DNA of 64,000 bases from Guillardia theta CCMP2712 (GCF_000315625.1 NW_005434628.1:269569-333568); one strand, 5' to 3'; positions 1-23,800 are shown, numbered from the stretch's first letter. Translations and numbers: made by a program. Notes: generated by a model from the letters alone, not told the origin.

Positions 1-10440
<10,440 letters not shown>

Positions 10441-10589
10441 CTGTTGACCATGAACTCTCCTGCGTGCTGTCTCACCTTCCCTATCTCTCTTTCCTCCTTC
10501 TCTCAACCGTTGAACCGCTCTCATCCTCTTCCTCCTTCTTGTCTCTTCTCCTTCGCACCACTGCCATTACAGAGGAAGGCAAAGTACTT

Positions 10590-11110
10590 TTACTGCTAGG
10601 GGTGGGGGTAGTACCCCTGCCCCTCTCTGTTCCACCCCAATGCCTTGAGGACCCATCGAAAAAAAGGCAACATGGGTAGGGTATGTTGTATCACCCCCGT
10701 TCCAACAGCAAAATATCGGATGTTTTCCAGGCCATCATTGAAAGTACCGGTGATTGTTTGAGTTGCACCGGGTAGTGAACCAATAGGAGGGGTGGGGGGT
10801 CAATCATACACGGCGAGGGGTGAGTGGGGGTGGGGGTCACAGCCATAGGGGCGAACAGACAACTTTGACAAGAGATTGACTATATACAGTCCATTATTGA
10901 CTATATCTATGAGATGTTGACAACAGAGCTTCTTAAAGAGCTTATTCGATTGACTATGGAGACGATGAACCTATATAGTCAAGAAAAGAAGTTCTATGTT
11001 GCTGAGATTTGTGGGTGGGGGTGGTAAAGTACCCCCATCCAAGTAGCCTTTTGATTCTTATTTTATTGGGTACGATAAGAATGGGGTTTGGTTGTAGGGG
11101 GTGGGGTACA
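10590..11110. promoter_or_regulatory. GGGGTA/TACCCC-rich intergenic block in the divergent region between the RCC1 and PGI genes; contains 4 TTGACTAT motifs
   Basis: Dense GGGGT/ACCCC/GTACCC words; TTGACTAT at ~10876, ~10897, ~10950 and inverted at ~10975. Regulatory role inferred from position. Confidence 0.45.
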
Positions 11111-11504
11111 CTGAACGAAGGATCCCATGGCTGACACCAAGGTGAAGTGAGCAAGTCCAGGAATGGGGGAGGGGGGGGGAGAGGAGAGAAGTGAGAGGAG
11201 AGAGGAGAGGAGAGACAAAAGAAGGATGGAATAAAGGACAAACACAGGAAGCAAAGACGGGCACAGGGAAGGAGGGAGAACCGAAGGAAGGGAAGGGAGC
11301 GGGGAGGATTACCGATGGCATTTTGGGACGATCTTGTTTCATTCAACGAGATGATGTCAAAGCTTGAGTGACTAGCATTTGATCTGATCCAAAACTGGAG
11401 ATGCAACATGGTCCAGGGGAAGGAGCAGAAAAGTGTGATTGTAGGTGTACCTTGCGAGAGGGCGTCGCACAGTCGAAAGAAATTCCGGAGTCATAACGAG
11501 GGTG

Positions 11505-11910
11505 ATGGGGCAGGCCTGGGCCGCACTAGAGAAGCATCATCATGCGATCAAGGAGGTCCATATGAGAACGCTCTTCGAGAAAGAGCCTGCAAGATTCCAG
11601 CAGCTCAGGTGATCTTCCTGTTCATCAGAGAAACATCAGATATGATTTATGTGTGTGTTTCTGCCTGCGGCCCAACCATGAGTTGTTGTCATTCGCTGAT
11701 TCGAGAACTTACAGCTTGCAAGTTGGCGATATTCTGCTGGACTACAGCAAGAACCGCGTCACAGCAGAGACGATGCAGCTGCTGACGAACCTCGCAAGTG
11801 AAGCTGGTGAGCTGGCTCGAGGTCGTTATCCTTCAAGCCTCAAGCAGTGGCAGGTGTTTGCGAGAAGAGAGATCAGATGTTTGCTGGGGCCACAGTCAAC
11901 ACGACAGAAG
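11505..11910 (+). CDS. PGI: Glucose-6-phosphate isomerase, 5' fragment (3 exons) truncated by an assembly gap
   Basis: Spliced translation [91 protein letters not shown] and MF.G..+N.TE are PGI N-terminal hallmarks. Confidence 0.92.
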
Positions 11911-12010
11911 NNNNNNNNNNNNNNNNNNNNNNNNNNNNNNNNNNNNNNNNNNNNNNNNNNNNNNNNNNNNNNNNNNNNNNNNNNNNNNNNNNNNNNNNNN
12001 NNNNNNNNNN
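11911..12010. other. Scaffold gap (100 N) followed by a (GA)n tract at 12011-12045
   Basis: Run of N; the rest of PGI does not resume after it, so the true gap is much larger than 100 bp or the join is wrong. Confidence 0.97.
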
Positions 12011-12049
<39 letters not shown>

Positions 12050-12257
12050 TTAAAGAACAGGCGCGGGGGACACGGGGGACCCTCCTCCAGCGCGTTACGG
12101 AGAGGGAAAACCGTGGCATCGCAATGAAGTATACAAGCATCCCGAGAGTGAAGGGCCCGAGGGGAAAGCCTAGGGAGGGAAGAATCTGTGACTAGTCGAC
12201 ACGTCCACGTTGCTCTCTTGCCGCCCAGCGGGCCTCTCCTGAAACACAACGATCTCC

Positions 12258-13409
12258 TTAGCCACGAGGAAGAGGCTGTTGCCGCATCGGCTGCAGATGG
12301 GAGCTCCCGCCTGCGAGACAACAGTCACGCTCCTCGCAAGCCATAGATGAGGCGAGGGCCACCAGCTTCTGGACTTCACAGAACCGGCACTCGTTTGGAA
12401 GCGGCTGCTGAAAACATGAGTTAAGGAGGAGGCGAGGCAGGGGGTGGGGCGGGGGAAAGGAACAGGTCGAGAAGTGGGGGAGGGGGAGGAACGGGGTGAG
12501 GAGGAGGGAGAGGAAGTACCTCTGTGCTGTCCTGCACATGGCAGACAACCTGCACTTGTGTCACTGAGAATGTCTCCTGCAACCTCACTCTCCCTCACCG
12601 CTTGTAGGTTTGAGAAGGATGCCTCTCCCGCCGGCAGCGCTGGGGCATTAGGGGCAGCGTCACCTGACTGCCACTCCGCTAGCACCTGCAGAGGGAGCCT
12701 GTCAGTCCAGCAACAGACGCTGCTGTCACTGAGTAGCGCATGCTTGCCTTCTTGGCCTTTGAGATTCTCAGGTACCTCCAGAATATGTATCTGCGTTTCC
12801 CGCAGTCACGGGGGCAAACGCAACAATCCTGCCTCACATCATTCCCAGGGCGAAGGCGGAGCTGAGGAGAATAACAAATATGTACATGACCTGGCACAAG
12901 AGTCAGCCGGCACGAAGCTAGCAAGCAGCAGGAGCCAACCAGCGGCTTTCTGGTGATTATTTCTTGAACTTGAATGCCTTGTCAGCACAAAGGGAGCACA
13001 GTCGATGAAGCTTACCGCATAATCCAGTGTTATCCCCTGGTAGAACAGAGTGAGGGAACACATCAGGCATGGTCGACAAACAAACCTGTGGCCTCCCACA
13101 TGCACGTACAAGCACTTTGACAGCAGCCTCTACTCGGGTACGAATTTGACGTAAGCAAGGTCCGGGAATGGTATTCGTGACTTACATTTGGTTGGCCTGC
13201 GAGCAAACATCGATGGATGCATGGCTGCAAGTGTTTGCAGTGGTGAATTTTTTCCCGCATTCAGTGATACAGCAGTTCGTGTTTGTATTCCTTGACATCC
13301 CGCCGCTGGACGAGTTCAAGACAAATGTCGACGAGATTTCTTCTAGTCTGCTAGTATGAGTCAGGTTTCCCATCATGTTGGCCATGCATGCAGGGTTGAT
13401 CCATAACAT
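12258..13409 (-). CDS. Hypothetical multi-exon Cys-rich protein
   Basis: Minus-strand ORF pieces separated by GT-AG introns with CT-rich sense strand; CxxC motifs (CLPC, CRFC); no recognised family. Confidence 0.35.
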
Positions 13410-13594
13410 CAGGCTGACACTAATTCAGCTTCCCTCGCCTCTCCTCTCCTCCCTCCCTCCCTCCCTCCCTCCCTCCCTCCCTCCCTCCCTCCCTCCCTCC
13501 CTCCCTCCCTGCACCTCCCTTCGCATATCCTACTGCCCGTTCTCACACGTTCACTCCTCTCTGAGTTCGACAGTTCTTTAGTTACGTATTTTTT

Positions 13595-14500
13595 TAACCA
13601 CCCCTACCCGACCATTGTAGCAGAAATATGGGGGAAACAAAGGGTATCTCAAAAAACAAAACCCCGATTTCAGCCGGGCTATTCAGCCCCACCCCTCTAC
13701 CCCCCAATATTCAATATATGGTCCCTCCTTGACAACATCAAAAAGTTAATAATGGTACCCCCTGGCCTCAAGAGGGTACTCACCCCCACCCCGTTTTTCT
13801 ATAGAAACACTGGGGTGATGAGAGGCGTTCTTTCCTCACAGCCCCACCAGCCTCACCCCCTAGTCGCAGGCTATTATTATTCACGTCAGGGTACATACAT
13901 GTACCCCTACCCGGTCTTGTTTTTTACTTTGGAGTACCCCTACCTGAAGTCAACTCTGCTCCAACCACCCCCCCTGCCCTCTCCCATCTTGCGCCCCCAC
14001 AGAAATCGATCCAACACCCCTGCTCCCATGATCCACCCCACCCCCTCGGGACTCATCCGATTAGGGACGTACACGATATGTACACTATCCAATATACGCA
14101 CCCCCTTACCAGTTTACAGTACCCCTGTGTTCTATATGACAAATGGTACATCCAGTACCCCTCAGTTAGCACCCCTACCTATGGACTCAGTAGCCTACCG
14201 CTATTTTGGTTGGTGCAAAATGGGGTAGTCATTTATAACGCCCCTCCATTTTTAAAACATATTTAAATATCGAAGAAGAGACGTTTCACGTACGAGCCTG
14301 TTACTATGCCCGGCCGCACCGTCACTGTGTGTGACGGGCCGCTGACAGGTGCCGGGCGGACCGGGCCCGGGGCCCGGGACTCCCGTCCGGACGCATTCAA
14401 GCCTTGGCAACGCCGGGCCGGCGAAGGAGCAAGAGTACGGTCTTTTGGCACCGTTGAACCCGGCCCATTGCAAGATCGGACACGGAGGCTGTACTGAGTA
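13595..14500. other. Bipartite intergenic module: TACCCC-rich block (13595-14240) plus CG-palindrome block (14300-14500)
   Basis: Many TACCCC/ACCCC words, then CCGG/GGGCCC/CGGACCG/GTCACTG words. Confidence 0.7.
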
Positions 14501-14555
14501 GAAGGCTAAACCGATCGCTAGGGAACTTGATTTACTTCCTGGGCTAGTCAGCCTC

Positions 14556-17500
14556 TCACACCACCCAGACTTTGATGTTGCAATCCGCGCCAGTTGACAC
14601 AAGTTGACCAGGGGAAAGGAACTTCACAGCTAGAGGTCGAGCAAGCGAAGTCAGCTGGCGCAAACAGTGATTTAAGGGTGTCTGACCTGTCACTCCACCC
14701 ACATTGGCTCGGTCTAGCACCGTCCTCTTGTTCGGGCCACCTTCCACGCTCCACACGATGATCTTGGAGTCCAACCCGCCGGTGGCGAACTTAGACGAGT
14801 CTGAGATGTGGGAGCGGTCAACGCTTTATGCAGCCAGCATGCCAGCCGATTCACCTGGAGACCAATCCAAGCACGTGATCTTGGCGAGGTGAAAAGTCAT
14901 GCCCTTGGTCTTGACGGACTTGCTGACGGCATCCCATAGGATCACTTCCTTCCCCACATCGCCAGACGCCAACAGCTTGCCGCATGGCGAGTATGCCACC
15001 TGGTGAAAGGCAGTCAGATAAGATCATAATCAACAGACTCTCGTGACCTTGGTCACTGAGCTGTGATGCTCCGCTAGCTCCTGGGCGGGCGAGAGCTTGT
15101 CGCCAGCCAGAGAGAAGATGCGAATCTTGTTGTCCTCGCACGCCACAGCCACCTGCCTTGCCCATCAGTTGGTCCTTGAGGGTTGTCGATTCTCGTCTGC
15201 CTCGTTTTGAGCAGGTGAAAGCGAAACACCCGATGCCCCGAAGGAGATGGGTGTTGAGCTTGCGATCTTCCAAGCGGTGCCCTGGGTAGGACGATTGAGG
15301 TAAGGATGAGTGAAGTATACCGAGGATCAGAGAGACAGGGAGCTCACCTGCTTTCTGACGCACAGGAGGGCCTTGTTGGTAGCGATAACACAGAGCTGTC
15401 CATCATTCGAGAGGCTGAGCCCAGCTGGCTGACCTCCGAGCGACAAGGATTCTCCGACCTTGAGGAGCAACAATCTCAGATCAGGTGGCAAGCTCCTCCT
15501 TCGAACGCACCACTTCCATCTTGCTGAGGTCAGCGGTACGAAAAGTGTCATCAAGGCCACAAGACACAAGGGTATCTCCGCAGATGGCGTGATCAGCGAT
15601 GGCGTTGGTGTGCCACTTGCCCTGTTGCATGTCAGATGGGCGACGCAGCTCAAGAAGGCAAGAGAATTGTCACCTGCAGACTATAACCTTCTGCTTGTCC
15701 CAAGGCGAATCTAGCCACAGGGTGGCAGGCGTTAGACAGGAGGACCTAAGTAGAACAGGCCTCAAGCCTACTTGTTCACGAGACCGTCGTAGCTGGCAGA
15801 GACGATCAAACCCTTCTTCGGATCAGTGGTGAGAGCCGTGACGTTCTTGTTGTGCCCCCTGATCACCTAGGAGGTCCCTAACTTTCAGCACTCGGCGATG
15901 AGGAGATCCTGCCAGCATCGCTCACCCGACTGAAGGTTCCAGGTGAGGCTGCGTCAAGGTAGGTAAGATCTCCTCGGAGGGACAGCGAGATGATCTGGTT
16001 GCTGTTGGGAACCCACGCGACCCCAACCTGTGCGATTTCAGAACATTTCGATAGCGTTGATGACGTCGCATCCGCTACCTGCATGTCCTCAGTCGCGGGC
16101 TTTGCTCCTCCAATGCTCCAAGTTCCGATGTTCGCGTATGTGTTGGCATCCCACACAATGACCTAAAAGCATTCCAGGCATTTCAGAGATCGCAGAACCC
16201 CAAGAGACAAGATGAAGCATACAGTTTTGTCTGCGGAGGCTGTGACAATCTTGGAAGAGTCTGACGACCAGGAGCACGCGTAGATGGTTCCCTTGTGTCC
16301 CTTAAGCTCCCCTGAAACAGCAGGTTCGCTATACGATACAACGGAAGCTTGAGAAGCTACCGATCTTTGAGCTCGATGCACTATCATAGATGAAACCAAG
16401 CATGTCGGATCCAACCTTTCCACAACATGTCATTCGAACTCGTTGTCGTTCGACTTGACTCACGGTGCAATATTTGGTGCCATCGGGCGAATATCGGACA
16501 CAGTTGACGAATTTGGTATGGTCCTGTCCAAAATGCTTAAGATTTTGAGCGCTGGTTTGATTTCAAACCAAACCTTGAGAGTCTTGGCAAACTTGAAGGG
16601 AGGTCCATCCAGCAGCGTAACCTGATTGAAGAAAGCATCAGCTCCAAGCACTCAAGAAAGAATGAGCTGGAGTGGAATTTTCTGCAAAAGAGAAGTTTGC
16701 AATCAAGTTCATGCGGTCAGACGAACTCCCATGTGTTCTACAGCATCCACATCTGCGTGAATACACAAAACATACCTGGAAATCCTCTGATGCTGTAGCG
16801 ATCTGGAAGGGCTTGACACTTGCCAGCAGGTATCAGCTGGAAATCATGGAACGAGGAGACTTTAATTACGGCTTGAAATCACAAGAGAGAATCTTCTTGC
16901 TGTGTCCCGCAATCTCTCCAACGCTGAAAGAAGAGCGAGTTAGGGTAGCTCTTAACCCCGTGACGATCACTCAACCTGCTTCCGGTATCCCACATGAAGA
17001 CACGTCCAAACGAGTCCTTCCCTGTACCAGCGTGAGTGGACGAGGATGCTGCCTTCATCCATTGAGCCTTTTCTCACCATCACCGACGGCAACAATCCTT
17101 TGGCTGTCCGGAGACCACTGAATGTCATGGATGGCTCCTCCAAGGCACTGGGATGCAAGAAAACAGTAAGCACGGGGTCTGACTTGTCTAGTGAGCAAAG
17201 GTAGACCTGAGCTTCAAACTTGATGATATGCTCGGGGTTGTCAAGCGACCAAACTTTGACTACACCAGAGGCTGGGAGAAGCTCAACACGTCATATGGTA
17301 TCTGGTGATGATAGACAGTGCACCATCTCCTGACGCAACCCATGCGCCTGATGGCGATGGTTTAGCAACAGTAACATCCTTGGCGTGTTCTGTGTCGAAA
17401 AACAGGTAAGGTTGAGGTGCGCACAGAAACTTTGCGACACCAGTGAACACTTCTGCTGAAAGAGGGTTAGAGACGCTACGAATGATCACGCTTCTGCCAC

Positions 17501-17663
17501 AGCCATAGAACAGTTTCTCTCCCTGCATATATGACCCGTGAGTTCAGGGATTGCATGCACGCATGTCGAGAACCTTGGCGTCTACGCTAATCGTGGTGCC
17601 TTGTCCTCTCGTTGTTGCCGGAGATGCCGCAAAGATTTCTTGATACGGCTTCAACACAATCAT
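14556..17663 (-). CDS. AIP1: Actin-interacting protein 1 / WDR1 (WD40 repeats), many short exons
   Basis: MIVLKPYQEIFAASPATTRG, EHAKDVTVAKPSPSGAWVASGD, DIQWSPDSQRIVAVGDG, ARVFMWDTG, VGEIAGHSKKILSCDFK, GPPFKF, HTKFVNCVRYSPDG, LVSTGADCNIKVWVV* all match the AIP1 family. Confidence 0.93.
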
Positions 17664-17989
17664 CACAACCTCATAACATTGATTTGGAACGAAATCCATT
17701 CAAAAGTTGAGGTCCATCCAATCCTTACACCCGGTGATCGAACTTCCGAGTAAACAGCTTTCACCCACCTGCTTTGTCCCTTCCCTCCCCTTACTGCCTA
17801 CACGACTCCATGCCCTCTCTCCACTTGAAACATGGTGACCGTCTCCAACTTTGGCATTTCCCCCTCTCCACGACCGCCCTTCGTCCACACCAAACCCCTC
17901 CTCCTCCCATCTCAATAGTGCTTCCCAGCCATACCAGAGCAGCCATGCTGTCGTTCTGTCGTCAGTATCCTCTTCTCTAACCGGATTCC

Positions 17990-18725
17990 ACAGGGCACAT
18001 CGGGGGTGGTTGTAAAGGTTGTGGGGTTATCTTGTTTGGGGGTACTGATGAAGGAGGGTGGTAGGAGTACCCCATTTGAGTCTGATATTATCGTTTAAAA
18101 GTACGGGTACTTCCCATCTCAGGCGCCCTTGCAGGGGTAGATTTGAAAGTGGTGGGGTATTCGCCGGCTTATTCCAGGGGTTATTGGGCCGGGAGGGCAT
18201 GAGGGTGACGCCATTGGAACAATCGGGAAGACGGTTATTTTGACCGTTACAGTCCCCGGTACCGTACTAGGCTGTCACTGTGCACGGTGGCACTGCGGCA
18301 CTGTGCCCGGCCGGCGTGTCCGATCACTGCGGCAGGACCGGACGCCGGCTGCGGCAGTGCCGGATCGCTTCAGACTCTGAGAGCGACTGTTCCGGAGGTG
18401 GGGGGGGGGGGGGGGCGGTCAGTTCCGAACTCAGCGACTCGGCGGCGACTCCGGCGAGTCACCGTGGCGGGGCGGCAGTGTCCGGATCGGGCCCGGGTCC
18501 CCGGCCGGGCGCGATCACGGGGCCCGGCCCCCGTCCGACGCCGGGCCGCCGGCGGGTCGCCAGGTCCGATCGGACCGTCGTCACCGCAAGGCCGCGCTCA
18601 GCTTTCACCGTGCGGCGCCGCGGGGGCCGGGCGTCGGACAGTACGGTCCGGTCTCGGATCCACTGGCAGCCAGTGCGGCGCCGGGCACCCGGCGTCCGGC
18701 CGATACTGATACTGAGCGGGCCTGC
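17990..18725. other. Bipartite intergenic module: GGGGTA-rich block (17990-18260) plus long CG-palindrome block (18260-18725)
   Basis: Upstream of AIP1; words CCGATCGG, TACGGTCCG, GGGCCCGG, CACTG/CAGTG, GACTC/GAGTC. Confidence 0.7.
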
Positions 18726-18774
18726 GCTAATAAAACTGAGGAGGGCCTTCCGCCAGAAATAGATCTGCCAAATA

Positions 18775-19625
18775 ATGTTCGCCCTGCTCGCAGCGGCCAG
18801 CTCTTCTAGCAGGTACGAAGGACAACAAGCGATCCCCCAGCCGTTATGGTCATGGTAGATGGTCGGATAGAGCTAGCTGACTCGGACAAGTGAGGTTGCC
18901 ATCTGTGAGGCATATTGCTCCAGCCGTTCATGGCGGCATATGGTGGCAAAATGACAAGGTCACTGAGCCATGAGGAACGAACTTGTGGCCCAGTGGTGCA
19001 TCATCATCGGTGCCTTACACGAGTAGGAAAGTCAAAGTAAGTGAAGTATGGTAGGCTCAAGAAACATCTCAACTCAGATGTGCTACTTGTACAGATAAAG
19101 CTATACCTAGCACAAGCACCTGAGTGCCCCAGAAGCAGAATGTTTGTGATGATGTTGTCAAACCAGTACCAATGAGTTGAAGGAGCTAGACGCAAGAGTT
19201 GGCTGAGAATTGTGCTCTTCAAAGCACAATGCTACTGTGTGAATTTGAGCTCTGATTGTTCTAGTTTGCTATCACACTCTCAACGTTGCAGTGTACAGCA
19301 CAATCGATGTCTTCTAGAACAACATGTGAGAAACAGGGTGGAGATGGAGATGGAGATGGAGATGGAGATGGAGATGGAGATGGAGATGGAGATGGAGATG
19401 GAGATTATGGTAGAGGTTGTTGTAGTCAATGCTGACTTCGATTTCAGTTCTGGTTCGTGTGACATTTCACACGGCCAATTTTCCATCGCATGCAGCAGCA
19501 TCTGCTCGACAGCATGGCCGGGTGCAGGATGCATCCCTGCAGGATCTGGGACGTCAGACACGTCCAAGAACACTAGCGACAGATTTCAGTGGGGCTGTCC
19601 CGCCACCGGACAAGGGTCCTGCTAA
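18775..19625 (+). CDS. Possible small Cys-rich spliced protein or gene relic
   Basis: MFALLAAASSSS start, GT-AG segments, last exon SGSCDISHGQFSIACSSICSTAWPGAGCIPAG...FQWGCPATGQGSC*. No continuous frame could be established. Confidence 0.25.
19341..19405. repeat. (GAGATG)n microsatellite
   Basis: About 11 copies. Confidence 0.95.
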
Positions 19626-20625
19626 CTTGTAACCAGACAGTCACAGGGCACTATGGCCGCAATGACTTACGGTCACTGACTGTGAATTTGAGCGGCGGAG
19701 GGAGCGAAAGACAAGGGAGACAGGCATGGCCGTCAGGGTCACACGTGACTTAGAGTTACTTGATATCGTTGATGTGGGAATGAACTCGTTCTCTTGACAT
19801 TCCGTCACGCAGCGCAGTTGGTCTCTATGACATGCGACAAGACCTTCTCATCTATTGACTCTCCCCCCTCCTCTCCCATCCCACTCAGTGGGTTTCAGCT
19901 CGCTGACCTATCCAGGAGGTACCAATGAGGCAGAGAGATCCCAGCACAGACCGTCTTGAGAGATGATGCCATCGCATGACTCAGAACCGTCTCGACGCCT
20001 CATGCTTCATACCTTGCTCCTACGAGTAGCAAAGAGGCGGCGATCATGATAAGAAGCAATCTCGTCAGTTTCACTGTTGCTGAGGTTGTGTTGGAACGGA
20101 GAGGATAGGGGGACGATACAGACAGGCAGACTGAGAGTTTCAGCACTTGGTACATCACGCTGGAGGTTGAGACGATAATGCACGAGCCTTGCACATAGAC
20201 GAGCAGATGTGTCGGACGATCACCCCATGAGATGTCAGATGCTCTGAGTCAGCAAAGGAGAACATCCGTGGGGATGAGTTCGAGGTTCAATTTCAGCTGA
20301 AGCTCCTACTAGCCCACGTTGTTTGCGTTTGAATGTTGATTTGTGTTCACTTGTGTTTGTAGTTTCACAGTCCTCGTCCTTTCTACCGGTTCTCCACGAC
20401 TCGTCGTAGGAGTGGTATTGACAAGTGGGAGCAAATCTCATGATTATGATCCCTGAGCCACCTGAGCTGTTCGACTCACAGACGATACCACCACCTCCTC
20501 CTCCTGTACCAGCGCTTCACTTCTCCGCTGTCACCTGATCCTATATACAGGAATGAACTGCAACATGATATGAACAAGACAATGTCAGGTGTGCAATGAG
20601 ATACAGGCAGCCATAGAAGCTGTAT

Positions 20626-20653
20626 TGATTACTGGCACATGTGCCAGTAATCA
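20626..20653. repeat. Perfect 28-bp palindrome TGATTACTGGCACATGTGCCAGTAATCA
   Basis: Sequence equals its own reverse complement, with no loop. Confidence 0.95.
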
Positions 20654-20859
20654 GGTACAATCTGATGGTTCAGACATTCCTGCACAAAGATGGCAAGATT
20701 TCTCATAAACTGAGAAATCAAAGAGCTGCCAATGAAACACAAAATAGTGATCATGATACGAGCGGTACCCCTCCACTTTCTACACAACCACAAGACAAAT
20801 CGACTTGATTTGTTACAGCCATCCCTCCAAAATCGACATCGTAAATTACAAGCAAACGT

Positions 20860-23800
20860 TTATTGATAAAGAGACATAGCATAATTGATACAAGATTGAT
20901 TGACATTCGCGTCGGTATACGTCTGAGCGATGGAACCGCAATCGGATATTGAAGTCGAGCCGCTTTGCAATGTTGTCGCATTGACCGCACACTTGACGCA
21001 TCCCCCGTACACAGCTACCTCGCTCACCCCTAGCACACCCGTGCCAGCCTTCTCGAGTCGAATGTACTGCCCGACATCCGAGCAGTTCATCGAGATGTGA
21101 GGGTTAGAAGTCTGTGTGAAAGAGGAAAGCTCCGGGACGTACGTAGACGAGTTGAAACGATAGAGGTCACTGGCGTATTGCTTGGGCCAACCTGTGCTAG
21201 GCTCTCCGACATTCACCGCGGTGGAGGCGTACATGTATGTTCCGTCATTCGCTCCGAAAGCAGATCCACCGGTAAACTGCCCGCACGAGGCGGTACCTGC
21301 CAACACCCCATCGAGCCAGAGGTTGATGGTTCCAGTGCTGATGATGTATTGCCAGGCTACAATGTGGTAGAGTCCATCTGCTGGGAAGGTGTACAGGTCG
21401 ATGCAAGCCGCGCCGATGATGCTGCCACCAACGGGAATAGACGTACTCCCATTCCCAGCTCGGAAGCGAAACACAGGTGTGGTGCTGCTGTCCCTCACAC
21501 CGATCCATGTGCCTGTATATGTAGCCCCGGCCTCAAAGATCAACCCGTCTGTGATGTTGGTAGGGAAGAGTACTCTGCATATGAAGAATTGATCGCTCGT
21601 ACCGTATGACTGACTGATGGCGCTGCTGAAACCGTACCTCGAAGAAGGGCTGAATGACGTCACGTACGCATCGAGCGGCAAAATGATCGTACCAATTGTG
21701 CCGCATAGTCTCCCTGAGCCAAGCACGGTCGAGTTGCTCAGGTATACGTTGACGTTCTCCGTGTTGGTGTAGTCGAGGTAATCCGGGTAGATGCGAACCT
21801 CTTGCACCAACTGCATGGATTGCAAGTCAACTTGCCAGTACAGGTCAGCGACGCTGCTCGTGACAGCGATGCTCTGTGGGCTATTGAAATATCCGTCGAT
21901 TGCCTTATCGGGGCCAGTGCCAGGAGATGCCGTGCTTGTCTGAGTAGACGGGCAGGCGCCCGCGCTGCACACCCTTGGAAGGTCGAAGGCGTTTCCCGAC
22001 GGACTCCAGGAGCCAGCAGCGCAAGGCAAACTGCATGGAGCCATGATATCCGGGCTCTCTTGGGTCGTCACTCCGTTGTCTGCACAGCTCACGCACCCAC
22101 CATACACCGCTACCTCGCTCAGCCCCAGTCTCGCCCTCCCGGGTTTCTGTATCGTGACATACTGGCCGAGATAGTCGCACCGTATGATCTCCTCTATGTT
22201 CCCCAACCTCGGGATCGAAGCCAGCTGGGGAACATCCGAGAAGGAGCTGAACTGGTAGAGGTCGCTGGCGTAATGGTTCGGCCACCCTGCTGTTGCCTCA
22301 CCGACTGTTATTGACGAATTGCAGCTCAAGATGTACGTTGCATCGTCGCCTCCGCTCCAAGAGGTGACGGCACTGTTCCACTCCGTGGTGGAGCTTGTTC
22401 CTTTCAAAGCTCCGTCTATCCAAAGATTGATCGTCCTCGTGCTCACGATGTACTGCCATGCAACAATGTGGTATTGGTCGTCAGAGGGAAAATCATGAAC
22501 GTCAATGCATGATGCCGTAGACGTGCCACCAGACCCCACGGTGATGTTCGTTCCTCCATCTCCTGCGCGCAATCGGAGCACAGGACGTGTGCTGCTGTCT
22601 CGGATTCCTAACCACGTGCCTGCATCCGAGCCCCCCGCTTCGAAGATCAGCCCATTCTGTACGTTACTTTGGAAGAACAACTTGCAAATGAAGAACATGT
22701 CGCTTGCACCCCATGACTGAGCAATAGCAGCAGAAAATCCAAAGGTACCCTGAGGGTTATAAGACTTGACTTTCACATCGAAGGGGGAAGTCAAGGATTC
22801 GATTTTTCCACATAGATGACCGGACCCAACGGTAGAGTTCTCACTCACAAACACAAACACACTCTCGCTCAGCGTGTAGTCCAGGTAATCTGGAAAGATA
22901 TGAACCTCCTGTACGAAGTTGAGAGCCGTGAGATTGACCTGCCAGTATGCATCGGTAGCGATCGCAGTCTCTGCAATGCTGTCGGCCTTGTTGTAGTAAC
23001 TGTCCACGGCTTTTGCGGCACCAGTGCTCGTGGAGGCATCAGAGGTCTGCACCGCTGGACATGCACCTGCGGTACAACTCCTCGCAAAGTTAATGGAGTA
23101 TCTGTACCTAGAGTACGAGCCGTTGGGACACGACATAGTACAGGGCACGGAAGCCATCACATTCACTGCATTGCAGATGCTGCTGCAGGTGCTGTCCTTG
23201 CCGCTCGAGCATGTCGAGCAGTTCGAGCATACTGTATCGCTGTTGTTGCTGCAGGCGCTGCTGATGTACTTGCCGCTCGGGCATGTCGAGCAGTATGCGC
23301 ATACTGTATCGCTGTTGTTGCTGCAGGCGCTGCTGATGTACTTGCCGATCGGGCATGTCGAGCAGTTCGAGCATACCGGGTTGCTCCAAGTTGCTATGTA
23401 TACATTGATGCTGTATGCATGGCCAACAACATTGTATGTGGGACCGGAATTCCAATAAAACCCGGTCCCCATAGTGTTGCCTTTTTCAAACCGCAAAATT
23501 TGATCTGTATAGATTGCAGTTGAGTTCGTTGATATGTAGGCTGCCAAGGAACTGTTGTCATCATAGTATGTGGAATAGTCGATTCCCCCAGATGAGGACC
23601 AATCTGCATGGATGAAGAAGTAATACCTGACAAAGAGCAGCTGGTTCTGCTTGTTGTAATACAGCCTTTCCTCCCACTGTGACAAGACAGAACCAGTATC
23701 TGAGAGCAAGGTTCGACTGTACGTCCATGACAAAGAGCATCCTATGCTCAAGTATACGTTGCCTGAGCAGGTACATGGCGAGCATACCGAGTCACTTGTA

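Noticed and set aside
18280-18762. 160-aa and 140-aa Arg/Gly/Pro-rich ORFs
   Set aside because: Stop-poor by composition of the CG-palindrome block; non-ATG starts; no protein-like pattern
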